Shown: positions 37,599 to 48,425 of the stretch, piece by piece
Layout of the letters: each line of letters opens with the position of its first letter
Position numbering within the stretch: position 1 is the stretch's first letter
Assembly (NCBI GenBank): GCA_947492105.1
Contig: CANLMN010000004.1
Span: 113,894-177,893, forward strand
Origin: an uncultured Aquimarina sp.
GTDB lineage: Bacteria; Bacteroidota; Bacteroidia; Flavobacteriales; Flavobacteriaceae
Reading direction: 5' to 3'
DNA length: 64,000 bases
Made by a program: the position numbers and the translations under genes
Notes under the pieces: generated by a model
The model's input: only the letters and a program-made list of their open reading frames with translations
What the model was told of the DNA's origin: nothing
Databases searched by the model: none

Positions 37599-38810
37599 AT
37601 GAGGTTACACCGCACATTGGTTTTTGCTGTTATAGACGGATTACATCAGATTTTTAATGAAGAAAAATATGCTGACAAAGTCATCCAAAAAATATTAAAA
37701 CGTGACAAAAGATGGGGTTCTCGAGATCGTAGTTTTATTGCAGAGACTACCTATGAGATTGTACGTTGGAAACGCCTGTATACAGAAATTGCCGAAGTAA
37801 GAACTCCATATACAAGAGATAATTTATGGCGTGTTTTTGCTGTTTGGGCTACTTTGAGAGGAATTCAATTACCGGATTGGAATCAAATCGAACCTACCCC
37901 TACTCGACGTATCAAAGGAAAGTTTGACGAACTTAGTAAAATTAGAAAATTTAAAGAAGCTATACCTGACTGGTTAGATACCTTGGGAGAAAAAGAACTA
38001 GGTTCGCAATGGGATGCAGAAATACATGCACTTAACGAACAAGCTCCAGTTGTTTTGCGAGTTAACACACTAAAAGCTACCAAAGATCAAGTTCGTAAGG
38101 CATTAATAAAGGAAGATATCGACACCAAACCGGTCAAAGGATATCCCCACGCATTACAGCTTATAGAGCGTAGTAATGTTTTCAGTACAGAAGCCTTTAA
38201 AAATGGTTTTTTTGAAGTACAGGATGCGAATTCTCAATTAGTAGGAGGCTTACTCAATCCGCAACCAGGTGAACGTATTGTGGACACTTGTGCTGGTGCT
38301 GGTGGTAAAACCTTGCATATAGCCGCTATGATGCAGAACAAAGGACAAATAATTGCCATGGATATTTATGGTAATAAATTGAAGGAACTTAAACGTCGTG
38401 CGAGACGAGCGGGAGCACATAATATAGAGCCTCGTATCATAGAAAGTTCTAAAGATATCAAAAAACTATATGACAAAGCTGATAAAGTGTTAATTGATGC
38501 TCCTTGTAGTGGTCTAGGGGTATTAAGCAGAAATCCAGATGCCAAATGGAAATTACAACCAGAATTTTTGGATACCATTCGCAAAACCCAAGCCGATATC
38601 TTATCAAAATACTCTAAAATGGTAAAACCAGGAGGAAAACTCGTGTATGCCACTTGCTCTATACTGCCTTCAGAAAATGAACAACAAGTACGACAGTTTC
38701 TAAAAACTCCAGAAGCTGCTGATTTTAATTTTGTCAAAGACAAAAAATTGTTGTGTCATACCTCTGGCTATGATGGATTCTATATGGCTCTTTTGGAAAA
38801 GAATGGATAA
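37599..38810 (+). CDS. RsmB/NOP-family RNA (cytosine-C5)-methyltransferase
   Basis: SAM motif DTCAGAGGKT. Catalytic DAPCSG and YATCS cysteine motifs. Confidence 0.85.
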   Translation: MRLHRTLVFAVIDGLHQIFNEEKYADKVIQKILKRDKRWGSRDRSFIAETTYEIVRWKRLYTEIAEVRTPYTRDNLWRVFAVWATLRGIQLPDWNQIEPTPTRRIKGKFDELSKIRKFKEAIPDWLDTLGEKELGSQWDAEIHALNEQAPVVLRVNTLKATKDQVRKALIKEDIDTKPVKGYPHALQLIERSNVFSTEAFKNGFFEVQDANSQLVGGLLNPQPGERIVDTCAGAGGKTLHIAAMMQNKGQIIAMDIYGNKLKELKRRARRAGAHNIEPRIIESSKDIKKLYDKADKVLIDAPCSGLGVLSRNPDAKWKLQPEFLDTIRKTQADILSKYSKMVKPGGKLVYATCSILPSENEQQVRQFLKTPEAADFNFVKDKKLLCHTSGYDGFYMALLEKNG

Positions 38811-38980
38811 TACATAACAAATCTGCACCCCTCTTAATTTCCTGATCTATTTCATAGACCTGTCTTAATACTACAAACTTGTATAGCATTACTTGTTTAT
38901 GTAGCATTCCTTAGTCATCTTTTTTGTTAAAAATTGACTCAATAAGTCATGCCCATTTTTTCTTCCTCAATGGTACCCTA

Positions 38981-39141
38981 GTACCAATTAGAACGTACCT
39001 ATGGGCCAAAATTATTAAACTATTTTTTGCAAGTTCGTACTGTAAAATTTAAGCATAGCTGTACTATGGCCTAATTTTGTAGTGCAAAAATAGTAGAAAA
39101 AGAAGCTAATTATTAGCCTGGACATATTTTTTAAATGATAT
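38981..39141. repeat. family-B MITE-like repeat
   Basis: GTACCAATTAGAACGTACC...TTTAAGCATAGCTGTACTATGG...AGAAGCTAATTATTAGCCTGGACATATTTTTTAAATGATAT. Confidence 0.75.
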
Positions 39142-39171
39142 TATCCTATATTTTTGGAAGTAGTACTTTCA

Positions 39172-39358
39172 CAAGCCTTTTTTGGTTCTGGTAAGATCCA
39201 CCGAAATAGAAGATCAGTTTGTAATGATGTACCTATTTTTTTGATCAATTGAAGTATTTTTTGGCATTCATAAAATATAACGCGTTACGAAAAAGATAAA
39301 AATTGAATAAAAAGACATCTTTCTAGTAAATTGAAAAAAGTTTGAATCACTTCAAAAC
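39172..39358. repeat. family-D repeat (second copy, inverted, at 57012-57228)
   Basis: Blocks CTTTTTTGGTTCTGGTAAGATC, TTTTTTGATCAATTGAAGTATTTTTTGGCA, GCGTTAC and AAAGATAAAAATTG are colinear with the reverse complement of 57012-57228. Confidence 0.5.
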
Positions 39359-39533
39359 TAAAATCAGTTTTACCTCCCCTGTTACTCTAGCTTATCCAAG
39401 ATGATACTGAATACCTCATTAAACATTTTTAGGTTAGCCTAGGAGTGCACACACTCCTTTTAATACAACATGTACACCTCTCCTCAACGTGTCCTATCAA
39501 AATATTCTTATTTTCTATTTCTTATTCAAACTA

Positions 39534-39696
39534 ATACCATTTGTTGTTTGAATTTACCGGAAAGAAAAATTAAGATTTTTTTGTTTCAGCTTCAGCAGAA
39601 ACATCAAGCATAGCCGTAGTTATGGTTTATTTTTATGCTGATGCTGGGTCGAAAAAAGAAAATTTTATCCCAGTAAATTAAAAGTATAAATGGTAT
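39534..39696. repeat. family-A MITE-like repeat, intact reference copy
   Basis: ATACCATTTGTTGTTTGAATTTACCGGAAAGAAAAATTAAG...CAAGCATAGCCGTAGTTATGG...CCCAGTAAATTAAAAGTATAAATGGTAT. The two halves form an imperfect palindrome. Confidence 0.85.
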
Positions 39697-39814
39697 AAAA
39701 TTAAAACTACTAGCTACGTCTGGTTTATTTGCTAAAACTTACATAAAAACCATTACTATCGAGTTGGGTTTACGATTTGGTAATACCACATCATCTAGTA
39801 CCAAAGACACTATT

Positions 39815-39971
39815 ATACCAAATTAGCTATATAATGTCTCATATTGACTTGTTCTTTTTCCATCTAAATGCCTTGTTTCTATATTCCATAACTAAGACTA
39901 TGCAATAGAATCACGGTGTTTTACCTAAAAAAACGTGTCATGAATACGAATTTACATACCTAAATTGGTAC
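39815..39971. repeat. family-C MITE-like repeat, intact reference copy
   Basis: ATACCAAATTAGCTATATAATGTCTCATATTGAC...CCATAACTAAGACTATGCAATAGAATCACGGTG...ACATACCTAAATTGGTAC. Confidence 0.8.
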
Positions 39972-40531
39972 TACGTCTCCTTGACAGCTAGTTCTGAACA
40001 GAGGTGAAATTACAAATAAAGTCCCTAAACACAGACGATATGATCGATCAAGTGCCTAAATTAACACTTCACAGCATAATGTTTCCCGTATTCATTAACT
40101 AAGCAAAACATGAGGTTTTAACACAAACTACCCCTCTTCATTTAAAAAAATTCTATGGTTTGTCTACAAATTTGAATAATTGTCAAAAGTCTCTTTTGTT
40201 TGTTACAAATCATCTTTTTCTAATTTTTAAAAAAAACAGCAACATATCGCATAAATAAAAATCTATACTTATTCTATACAGACCAAAGTTTTCAAAAAAC
40301 AATAAAAACTCTAATTATATTATTTTCAGAATTTTGAGTAAAAAATTGCGTCTATTTTCTCCATATTAACCTTCCGTAATGGCTTTTTTCTAAAATTATA
40401 TATCCTAATTTAACATGACGATGGAAAACAGAATAGAGAGACATTATTAACCTAACATCCTTTCTTTCTTAAAAATACCATCAAAAATTAATTCATAATT
40501 ATTGTAAGAAAACACTTTAATCAAACCAACT

Positions 40532-43153
40532 ATGAAAAAAACACTTTTCGCATTAGGAATTCTATTTTTAGGATTTACTTCCATTAAGGCTCAACGATCT
40601 GCGCCTGTAATACCAGAAAAAGGAGCATTCGAAACTGGTAACTACCGTAATGTCCTAGCAGAAGCAGGATATACTCAAACTGAAATTGACGCTAAACTTG
40701 AAAACGCATGGCAACACCTCTTTTATGGGGACGACGAAAATGAACGTGTATATTATCCCGTAGGAGATGATTTGGCATACGTAAAAGACATCAATAATAA
40801 CGATGTCCGATCAGAAGGCATGTCTTATGGTATGATGATTTGCGTACAATTAGACAAAAAAGAAGAATTCGATAGACTATGGAAGTGGTCTAAACAAAAT
40901 CTACAACACCAATCTGGAAGCCGTATAGGATATTTTTCTTGGCAAACAGATATCGAAGGAAAAACAATTGATCCCAACCCTGCATCTGATGGAGAAATCT
41001 ACTTTGCTACAGCACTATACTTTGCTTCAGCTAGATGGGGTAATGGTTCTGGCATCTATGATTATCAAGCCGAAGCTGATTACATCTTGAGAGTAATACA
41101 AGACAAAGATAATGTGGGAGATGGTATTACAAACATGTTCAACAAGGACAATAACCAAGTAGTATTTACTCCTATTGGAGATGCTGCTTTGTATACTGAC
41201 GCTTCTTATCACTTACCTTCTTTTTATGAAGTTTGGGCACGAGTAGCAGATGAAAATAATGATTTTTGGAAGGGTGCAGTAACAGCTAGTCACAATTTCT
41301 TCCCAACTACAGCAAATCCAAATACAGGATTAATGCCAGAATATTCTAACTTTGATGGTAGCCCAAAAAGTGATATTGGTAAGGGTGATTTCGGTTTTGA
41401 TGCATTTCGTTGTATCATGAATCTTGCTATGGATTATTCTTGGTTCAAAACAAGTGAAGTAGAGAAAGAACTCGTAGAGAAGCAATTGGCATTTTTACAT
41501 AATATCGGAATCGATAACTATGTTTCTGGATATACTTTGGATGGTATGCCAACGGTAGATTTTAACACTACAGCTTTGATATCTACCAATGCAGTTGGAG
41601 CTTTAGCTTCAGAATCTATAATTGCATGGGATTTTGTTGACAAATTTATGCAAACTGGTGCTCCAACAGGTAAATATCGCTACTATGATGGTATGCTGTA
41701 TTTCTTGAGTCTTTTGCATGTTTCTGGAAACTTCAAAGTATACCTTCCAGACAGTACAACAGTACCAGTACCACCTGTAAATAATGCTCCAACAACAAGT
41801 ATAACTTCTCCTGCAAATAATAGCCAGTTCGAAGAAGGTACAGCAATTACAATCAATGCAGAAGCAAGTGATAGTGATGGAACGATTACTAAAGTTGAAT
41901 TCTTTAATGGTTCGACCAAACTAGGTGAAGATACTACACAACCGTATAGCTACACGATAAGCAACTCAATTGCAGGAAACTATACACTTACAGTAAAAGC
42001 AACTGACGATGACAATGCAGAAACAACATCTGAGCAAGTTGCGGTTAATGTTATTAAAAGCGAAGAACCTGAACCTACACCTACAACTTGTACAGGAGAT
42101 GGATTCCCTATTACTCGTCGTATACAGGCAGAGTACTATTGTAACATGAGTGGTGTTCAAGTGCGAGTTGCTATGGACATCGGAGGAGGTTTTATGGTAA
42201 GCCAAATTAACAAAGGTGATTTCATGGATTATCGTGTCGATGTACCAAAAACTGGATCTTATACCTTAGCTTTACGTGTATCGAGTATGCTTAACACTGG
42301 AGAGGTTGACATACAAGTAGGAGGTTCTTCAAAAGGAAAAATTTCTATACCAACTACACGTTCTAGACAAACATGGACTACCGTACAAAAAACAATTATG
42401 TTAGATGGTGGATTACAAACATTACGTCTTTTTGCTACAGGTCCAAGATGGAATATCAACTGGTTCAAATTGACTGAAGTTGCAACTCCAGCCCCTACTA
42501 CATCTTGTGCTTTTGGAACTCCGTCAAATACTGCGTTACCAGCATTTAATAGCATGAATTACCAAAATGCTTATGTATTAGGTCAAAATGGTCCTAACGC
42601 TGATAATATCACAAACTTTGCTATAAGCTGGAGTCCTGCACAAAACGGACTATATCAGTTTGCATTATCAACTGCGAACGGAATACCAGGATACTATGTT
42701 GATTTAAAGTCAAATATCACACACTCTTTCAATACAGTATCACCTTCTCTAACAATTACAAACTCCAAAGTACCAAATCTAGATGGTTCTTACTGGGTTA
42801 CAAAAAATGGAGATGATTTTGTAATGGTTTCTAAAACAAAAGGGTTTACGCTATATTTCACCAATTCTAGCAATGCACCTTCTTGTGGTGCTGCAAAAGC
42901 TAATTCTTCGACAGCAGCTGCATTGTCGATTTATCCTAATCCTGTTCAAGAAACACTACGAATCAATGGTGCCACTGAAGGTGCGTCTTTGGTTAAAGTA
43001 TCTGATGTATTAGGAAAAATTGTTTTGACTACTCCTATTTTAGGAAAAAGCCAAAATGCAATCGATGTAAGTTCTTTAAAAAATGGCATGTACTTTTTGA
43101 CTGTATCGTATGCTGATGGATTAAGTGTGACAAAATCTTTTGTAAAAAAGTAA
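40532..43153 (+). CDS. secreted GH8 glycoside hydrolase with Ig-like and CBM6-like modules and a T9SS C-terminal sorting domain
   Basis: Signal peptide. GH8 motifs RSEGMSYGMM and ASDGEIYFATALYFASARW. Tandem beta-sandwich region. CBM6-like IQAEYYCNMSGVQV. C-terminus LSIYPNPVQETLRING...GMYFLTV is typical of T9SS CTDs. Confidence 0.85.
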   Translation: MKKTLFALGILFLGFTSIKAQRSAPVIPEKGAFETGNYRNVLAEAGYTQTEIDAKLENAWQHLFYGDDENERVYYPVGDDLAYVKDINNNDVRSEGMSYGMMICVQLDKKEEFDRLWKWSKQNLQHQSGSRIGYFSWQTDIEGKTIDPNPASDGEIYFATALYFASARWGNGSGIYDYQAEADYILRVIQDKDNVGDGITNMFNKDNNQVVFTPIGDAALYTDASYHLPSFYEVWARVADENNDFWKGAVTASHNFFPTTANPNTGLMPEYSNFDGSPKSDIGKGDFGFDAFRCIMNLAMDYSWFKTSEVEKELVEKQLAFLHNIGIDNYVSGYTLDGMPTVDFNTTALISTNAVGALASESIIAWDFVDKFMQTGAPTGKYRYYDGMLYFLSLLHVSGNFKVYLPDSTTVPVPPVNNAPTTSITSPANNSQFEEGTAITINAEASDSDGTITKVEFFNGSTKLGEDTTQPYSYTISNSIAGNYTLTVKATDDDNAETTSEQVAVNVIKSEEPEPTPTTCTGDGFPITRRIQAEYYCNMSGVQVRVAMDIGGGFMVSQINKGDFMDYRVDVPKTGSYTLALRVSSMLNTGEVDIQVGGSSKGKISIPTTRSRQTWTTVQKTIMLDGGLQTLRLFATGPRWNINWFKLTEVATPAPTTSCAFGTPSNTALPAFNSMNYQNAYVLGQNGPNADNITNFAISWSPAQNGLYQFALSTANGIPGYYVDLKSNITHSFNTVSPSLTITNSKVPNLDGSYWVTKNGDDFVMVSKTKGFTLYFTNSSNAPSCGAAKANSSTAAALSIYPNPVQETLRINGATEGASLVKVSDVLGKIVLTTPILGKSQNAIDVSSLKNGMYFLTVSYADGLSVTKSFVKK

Positions 43154-43191
43154 TGGTTTTTCGTTAAGCCAAATTCTAATTGAAACCTATT

Positions 43192-43350
43192 AGTACTATT
43201 TGTAGTTTGAAATTACTGGAAAATAAACTTATCCTTTTTTCTATATAAATGGAGAAAGAAAACTAAAGCCGTAGCTATAGTTCATTTTATCTTCAAACAG
43301 CAAGAAAGAAAGAGTAGTTTACTACAGTAATTTCAAATGACAAATGGTAT
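43192..43350. repeat. family-A variant repeat
   Basis: AGTACTATTTGTAGTTTGAAATTACTGG...AAAGCCGTAGCTATAG...CAGTAATTTCAAATGACAAATGGTAT. Confidence 0.7.
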
Positions 43351-43566
43351 ATATTTTAAATTTATCATTCAAGAAGAAAAACTAAAGACAGCTTTTATGG
43401 CTTCTTTCTCTTCTAAAATTAAGGTAAAAGAAGACGTTTTTGTCCTACCAATAAATTCGAAATATAATAGGAAATAGTTTAGAAATAGCGTTGTTTGTTG
43501 TTTATCAAAAATAGCCGTCAATTCATTGACAAACGCTACTTCAAAACTAAAATAACAGAATACTAC

Positions 43567-43607
43567 AAAAAAAGCTGATTGCCCCAGAGGGGCAATCAGC
43601 TTTTTTT
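43567..43607. terminator. orphan bidirectional terminator hairpin, about 400 nt from both neighbouring genes
   Basis: AAAAAAA-GCTGATTGCCCC-aga-GGGGCAATCAGC-TTTTTTT, a 12-bp perfect stem. Confidence 0.75.
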
Positions 43608-43616
43608 ATTTTTCTT

Positions 43617-43779
43617 ATACCAGTTACAATGTAATTCTAGACTAAAATAATTGAACTATTTTTCGCTAGTTTGAACTATAAAACTTAATTAAAGCCGTGG
43701 CCACGGTTTAATTTTCTAGCACAAAAATATGTAGAAAAAGAACCGAATTATTAGCTCATAATTATTTTTTAAATAGCAC
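43617..43779. repeat. family-B MITE-like repeat
   Basis: ATACCAGTTACAATGTAATTCTAGACTAAAATAATTGAAC...AAAGCCGTGGCCACGGTTT...GAACCGAATTATTAGCTCATAATTATTTTTTAAATAGCAC. Confidence 0.8.
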
Positions 43780-43849
43780 TAATTAAAGAGCCTTTACTAT
43801 TTTGCTCATAAATTAGATTCTACTTCCAATTTAGTTGTGCAAATACTGT

Positions 43850-43975
43850 AATACGACCTTTGCATTTTTTCTATAAAAACACGACAGCTTAGACATATTA
43901 TAGAATAGAGTTACAGACTATGCAATCCTGTAAATATCACTTTTAGATAAACAGAGAACAAGTCCATATGTACAA
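43850..43975. repeat. degenerate family-C fragment
   Basis: The reverse complement CATATGGACTTGTTCTCTGTTTATCTAAAAGTG...GGATTGCATAGTCTGTAAC resembles the C consensus. Confidence 0.4.
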
Positions 43976-43999
43976 TAAAAAACAGCTAATATCTAACTA

Positions 44000-45094
44000 T
44001 TATACATTAAACAAAAAATGCATAACATCCCCGTCGTTTACGACGTAGCCTTTTCCTTCTACTCCCAATTTTCCTGCTTCTTTTACTTTAGCTTCGCTAC
44101 CATATGTTACATAATCATCATATTTGATAACCTCAGCGCGGATAAATCCTTTTTCAAAATCGGTATGAATTACTCCAGCAGCTTGTGGAGCTGTTGCTCC
44201 AATTGGGATAGTCCAAGCGCGCACTTCTTTTTCTCCGGCAGTAAAATACGTTTGTTGATTCAACAATTTATATGCTGCCCTAATCAATACAGAAGCTCCT
44301 GCCTCTTCTAATCCCATATCCTGCAAGAATAACTGACGCTCTTCATAATCATCTAATTCTGTAATATCTGCTTCTGTCCCTACCGCAAGTACAATAACTT
44401 CGGCATTTTCATTTGCTACATTCGTACGTACTTGTTCTACATAGGCATTTCCATTTACGGCTGCTCCCTCATCTACATTACATACATACAAGACAGGTTT
44501 ATCAGTAATAAACTGTAATGGTATGACAAAAGCTTCTCTATCGTCATCAGAAATCGTTATTGCTCGAACGGACACCCCTGCCTCTAATCCTTCTTTGAGT
44601 TTTAGTAATACAGCTTCTTCTTTTTGAGCTTCTTTATTCCCTGTCTTTGCAGCTCGTTTTACTTTTTCAAGTTTTTTATCAGCTGTTTCTAGATCTTTGA
44701 GTTGAAGTTCCATATCAATTGTCTCCTTATCTCTAATCGGATCTACAGAACCATCTACATGTACAATATTATCATTATCAAAACAACGCAATACATGAAT
44801 AATAGCATCTGTTTCTCTAATATTACCCAAAAACTGATTCCCGAGTCCTTCTCCCTTACTAGCCCCTTTGACTAAACCTGCAATATCAACAATATCGACA
44901 GTTGCCGGTAATACACGTTCTGGATTTACCAAGGACTCCAATTTCTCTAATCTCGGATCTGGTACATTGACTACTCCTACATTCGGTTCTATTGTACAAA
45001 AAGGAAAATTTGCACTCTGTGCCTTTGCATTAGATAAACAATTAAAAAGTGTTGATTTTCCAACATTGGGCAATCCTACAATTCCTGCTTTCAT
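44000..45094 (-). CDS. ychF: redox-regulated ATPase YchF
   Basis: [36 protein letters not shown]-terminal TGS-like domain, 364 aa. Confidence 0.95.
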   Translation of the reverse strand: MKAGIVGLPNVGKSTLFNCLSNAKAQSANFPFCTIEPNVGVVNVPDPRLEKLESLVNPERVLPATVDIVDIAGLVKGASKGEGLGNQFLGNIRETDAIIHVLRCFDNDNIVHVDGSVDPIRDKETIDMELQLKDLETADKKLEKVKRAAKTGNKEAQKEEAVLLKLKEGLEAGVSVRAITISDDDREAFVIPLQFITDKPVLYVCNVDEGAAVNGNAYVEQVRTNVANENAEVIVLAVGTEADITELDDYEERQLFLQDMGLEEAGASVLIRAAYKLLNQQTYFTAGEKEVRAWTIPIGATAPQAAGVIHTDFEKGFIRAEVIKYDDYVTYGSEAKVKEAGKLGVEGKGYVVNDGDVMHFLFNV

Positions 45095-45332
45095 GTGATT
45101 TACTATTTTTTGTGCCGCAAAGATACATTTCTACTAGCAATTATTTACAGCCATTACAAAAAAGATAAAACGAAAGAGTTTTCGTCTAAGAATAACAAAA
45201 AAACAACGCTTAAATAATCAACATATGATAAATCCTGTTTTTTTTAAGATAATATTATGATAGTTATTATTCAGCAAACCTTTTCTTTAAGTAATAGTAA
45301 TACCAAAAAAACACTCATTTAAATTTTATTTT

Positions 45333-48287
45333 ATGAAACAAACATTCCTTATTATTTTTAGTCTATTGTGGACTATAACTTCTTTTGGACAACAAAACGT
45401 ATCTGGTAGCGTAACAGATACAGACAACAATCCTCTTCCTGGAGTTAATATCAAAGAGCAAGGAACTTCTAATGGCACAGTAACTGATTTTGACGGTAAC
45501 TATACCATAGATGTTCAGGAAGGAGCTACTCTAATTTTTAGTTTTGTTGGTTTTGAAACTAAAAATATTGCTGTATCTGGAGAATCTCAAATTAATGTAG
45601 TATTGGCACCAGGAGAATCTTTAGATGATGTGATTTTAGTAGGGTCAAGAACTCCTGCCCGGAGTAACACGACAGTAGCATTACCTGTCGACATTGTAGG
45701 CTCTCAAGATCTAGTCAATACGGGTCAAGCCACTTTTGACAAAGCACTACAATACAAGATACCTTCATTCAACACAGTACAAACTCCAGTCAATGATGCA
45801 ACTTCTCTACTAGATCCTTATGAAATACGTAATATGGGACCCAGTAGAACCCTGATTTTGATCAATGGAAAAAGAAAAAACCTAAGTGCATTACTCTACA
45901 CACAAACCTCTCCAGGCCGAGGCGAGACAGGTGCAGATATCTCTGCAATACCTACCGATGCAATCAAAAGAGTAGAAATTCTTAGAGATGGTGCTTCTGC
46001 TCAATATGGTTCTGATGCCATTGCTGGAGTAATGAATATTATTCTAAAAGATGATGCCAATCGTGGTTCTGCGACGGTACGATCCGGAGTAACAATAGAA
46101 GGCGATGGAGAGATGTTCGGTGTTGCTGTTAATAATGGTAGTACTATTGGAGATGACAAAGGGTTTATTAATTATACCATTGACCTTTCCAAAACAAATC
46201 TATCCAATAGACCTGGAACAGTAGATGCCGATGGAGAGTTTAATGATTTTGTTTTTCAAGACCCAGAATCTCCTAATCCTTTTATTGACAAAACCAACAA
46301 GACATTAGGTGGTGTGGATATAAGTGGTCTGGATAGTGATCAACTCCAAGCAGAATTTGACAATAATTATGTTGGAACGGCAGATTATAACACCTTGTTA
46401 TCGCAAATAAACACTAGCAATGAAAGTGGAGAAAAATATGTCCGTGATTTTCTCAGAAATAATCCCGATGCTAATAATGTAAATGGTTCTCCTGAAAATG
46501 CTGTTGCCAAATTTTTGGTAAACGGTGCATATGATGTAAGTGAAGAATCGAAGTTGTATTTTAATGCGGCGTATGTTTACAAAAAAGTAAATAGTTTTGC
46601 CAATTACAGAGTTCCATATTGGAGACGATCACGAGCTTTTTATCCAAATGAAATTGAAGGAGTTGATTATTACCCATATCTCAATAACTTCTTTGGAGAC
46701 GGAACCAATGAGGGATATCAAGGATATGCCCCTACCTTTGATGGATTATTAAGTGATTACAATGGAACTGTTGGTTTCAAAACTAAAAAAGATGAATGGA
46801 ATATTGATTTGAGTTTTACTACTGGAGGTAATTTACAAACTTACAATGTTCGTAATTCTCATAATAGAAATGCCGTTTTTGCTCCTACATTCGATGACGT
46901 CAATCAAAATGGTATTCCTGATAACGGAGAGGTTTTTGAACCTACAGAATTATATAGACAATTTAGCCCGATTGATTTTGATCCAGGTGGAACACGGTTC
47001 ACGCACAATGTAGGAAATATAGATATTTCTAAAATCTTGAATGATTATGTTTCTATAGCAGTTGGAACAGAGTTCAGAACTGAAACTTTTGAAATCATCG
47101 AAGGTGGTCTTGCTTCTTATGACGGCGGTGGTGCAGATTCTTTTGCAGGAAATAGTCCCGAAAACTCAGGAAAATTTAACCGCTACAATATCGGAGGGTA
47201 TTTGGATATTGCCGTTGATGTTACCGAAGATTTCTTGATCAATGGTACAGCCAGAGTAGAAGAATATAGTGATTTTGGAAACGCTTTTGTATGGAAGTTT
47301 AGCTCTAGATATAAATTCTTAGAAGACAAATTAACCCTTAGAGCATCTGCTTCTACGGGGTTCCGCGCTCCAACATTACACCAGATTTATACTCAAAAAG
47401 CGCAATATAGCTTTGTCCCTGGACAAGGTATTCAAGTTGGCGGCCTTGTAAATAATGTATCTCCACAAGCGAGACTTTTAGGTCTTTCTGCTCTTGATGC
47501 AGAAAAATCTTTTAATTTCACTGGTGGTATTGGAGCCAAAATCCTTCCAAATCTTAATTTAACTATTGACTATTATAATATTGCTGTAGAAGATAGAATC
47601 ATTTTAGGTTCAGAGGTTGCTCCACCAGACTCCCCGGCATTTGCTGGTTTTTCTGATCTCAGCTTTTTCACTAATGCTATCGACACAAGAACTTCTGGTA
47701 TTGATGTAGTGATTGGTTATAATAATATTGCATTAGGTGATGGCAAATTAGGGTTTAACCTATCTGGAAACTATACCATCCAAAACGAACGAGAAGGAGC
47801 CGTTAAAGAACCTTCATTTTTAAATGAGACAGGACAATCAGTCATTAACGAAACACAAGAAGCCTTATTTTTTACCTCTAGACCAATAACCAAATGGATT
47901 TTGGGTGCCAATTATAAAATTGAGCAATTTGACTTTTCTTTAAACAATACGTATTTTGGCAAAACAACCTTCAAACAACAAGGCCTAGATAGCAACTTGA
48001 GGACAGAGTTTATTCCAAAAATTGTGACAGATATTGCTGTCAACTTTGCTTTTACAGAAAAAACAACCTTGGCACTTAATATCAATAACATACTCAATGT
48101 CTTACCAGAATGGGAATTTGTTGCAGAAAATGCTGCGGGACAAGCAATTATTAACGATGCTGCTGCAATCAAAGGTCAGTCTAATTTGATTACCTTCAAC
48201 CAAAGGTATTCTCAAATGACTTATGATGGTTATCATTTCAGTCAATTAGGAACGATGTTTAACCTTTCTTTGAACTACCAGTTCTAA
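45333..48287 (+). CDS. TonB-dependent receptor with an N-terminal CarboxypepD_reg domain
   Basis: Signal peptide. VSGSVTDTDNNPLPGVNIKEQGTSNGTVTDFDGNYTI. Plug motifs (RVEILRDGASAQYGSDAIAGVMNII). Terminal aromatic residue ...LNYQF. Confidence 0.9.
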   Translation: MKQTFLIIFSLLWTITSFGQQNVSGSVTDTDNNPLPGVNIKEQGTSNGTVTDFDGNYTIDVQEGATLIFSFVGFETKNIAVSGESQINVVLAPGESLDDVILVGSRTPARSNTTVALPVDIVGSQDLVNTGQATFDKALQYKIPSFNTVQTPVNDATSLLDPYEIRNMGPSRTLILINGKRKNLSALLYTQTSPGRGETGADISAIPTDAIKRVEILRDGASAQYGSDAIAGVMNIILKDDANRGSATVRSGVTIEGDGEMFGVAVNNGSTIGDDKGFINYTIDLSKTNLSNRPGTVDADGEFNDFVFQDPESPNPFIDKTNKTLGGVDISGLDSDQLQAEFDNNYVGTADYNTLLSQINTSNESGEKYVRDFLRNNPDANNVNGSPENAVAKFLVNGAYDVSEESKLYFNAAYVYKKVNSFANYRVPYWRRSRAFYPNEIEGVDYYPYLNNFFGDGTNEGYQGYAPTFDGLLSDYNGTVGFKTKKDEWNIDLSFTTGGNLQTYNVRNSHNRNAVFAPTFDDVNQNGIPDNGEVFEPTELYRQFSPIDFDPGGTRFTHNVGNIDISKILNDYVSIAVGTEFRTETFEIIEGGLASYDGGGADSFAGNSPENSGKFNRYNIGGYLDIAVDVTEDFLINGTARVEEYSDFGNAFVWKFSSRYKFLEDKLTLRASASTGFRAPTLHQIYTQKAQYSFVPGQGIQVGGLVNNVSPQARLLGLSALDAEKSFNFTGGIGAKILPNLNLTIDYYNIAVEDRIILGSEVAPPDSPAFAGFSDLSFFTNAIDTRTSGIDVVIGYNNIALGDGKLGFNLSGNYTIQNEREGAVKEPSFLNETGQSVINETQEALFFTSRPITKWILGANYKIEQFDFSLNNTYFGKTTFKQQGLDSNLRTEFIPKIVTDIAVNFAFTEKTTLALNINNILNVLPEWEFVAENAAGQAIINDAAAIKGQSNLITFNQRYSQMTYDGYHFSQLGTMFNLSLNYQF

Positions 48288-48310
48288 TAACAGAGTGTTC
48301 ATAAACAACT

Positions 48311-48348
48311 AAAAAACGTCTGATCCAACTACGGATCAGACGTTTTTA
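48311..48348 (+). terminator. intrinsic terminator after the TonB-dependent receptor gene
   Basis: ACGTCTGATCC-aactac-GGATCAGACGT plus TTTTT. Confidence 0.8.
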
Positions 48349-48425
48349 TTTTAATAAATTCCACATACTTCAATTATTCAAATTTTGGAAAAATCCAAGT
48401 GTTTCACGAACAAGAGTACCTTTAA

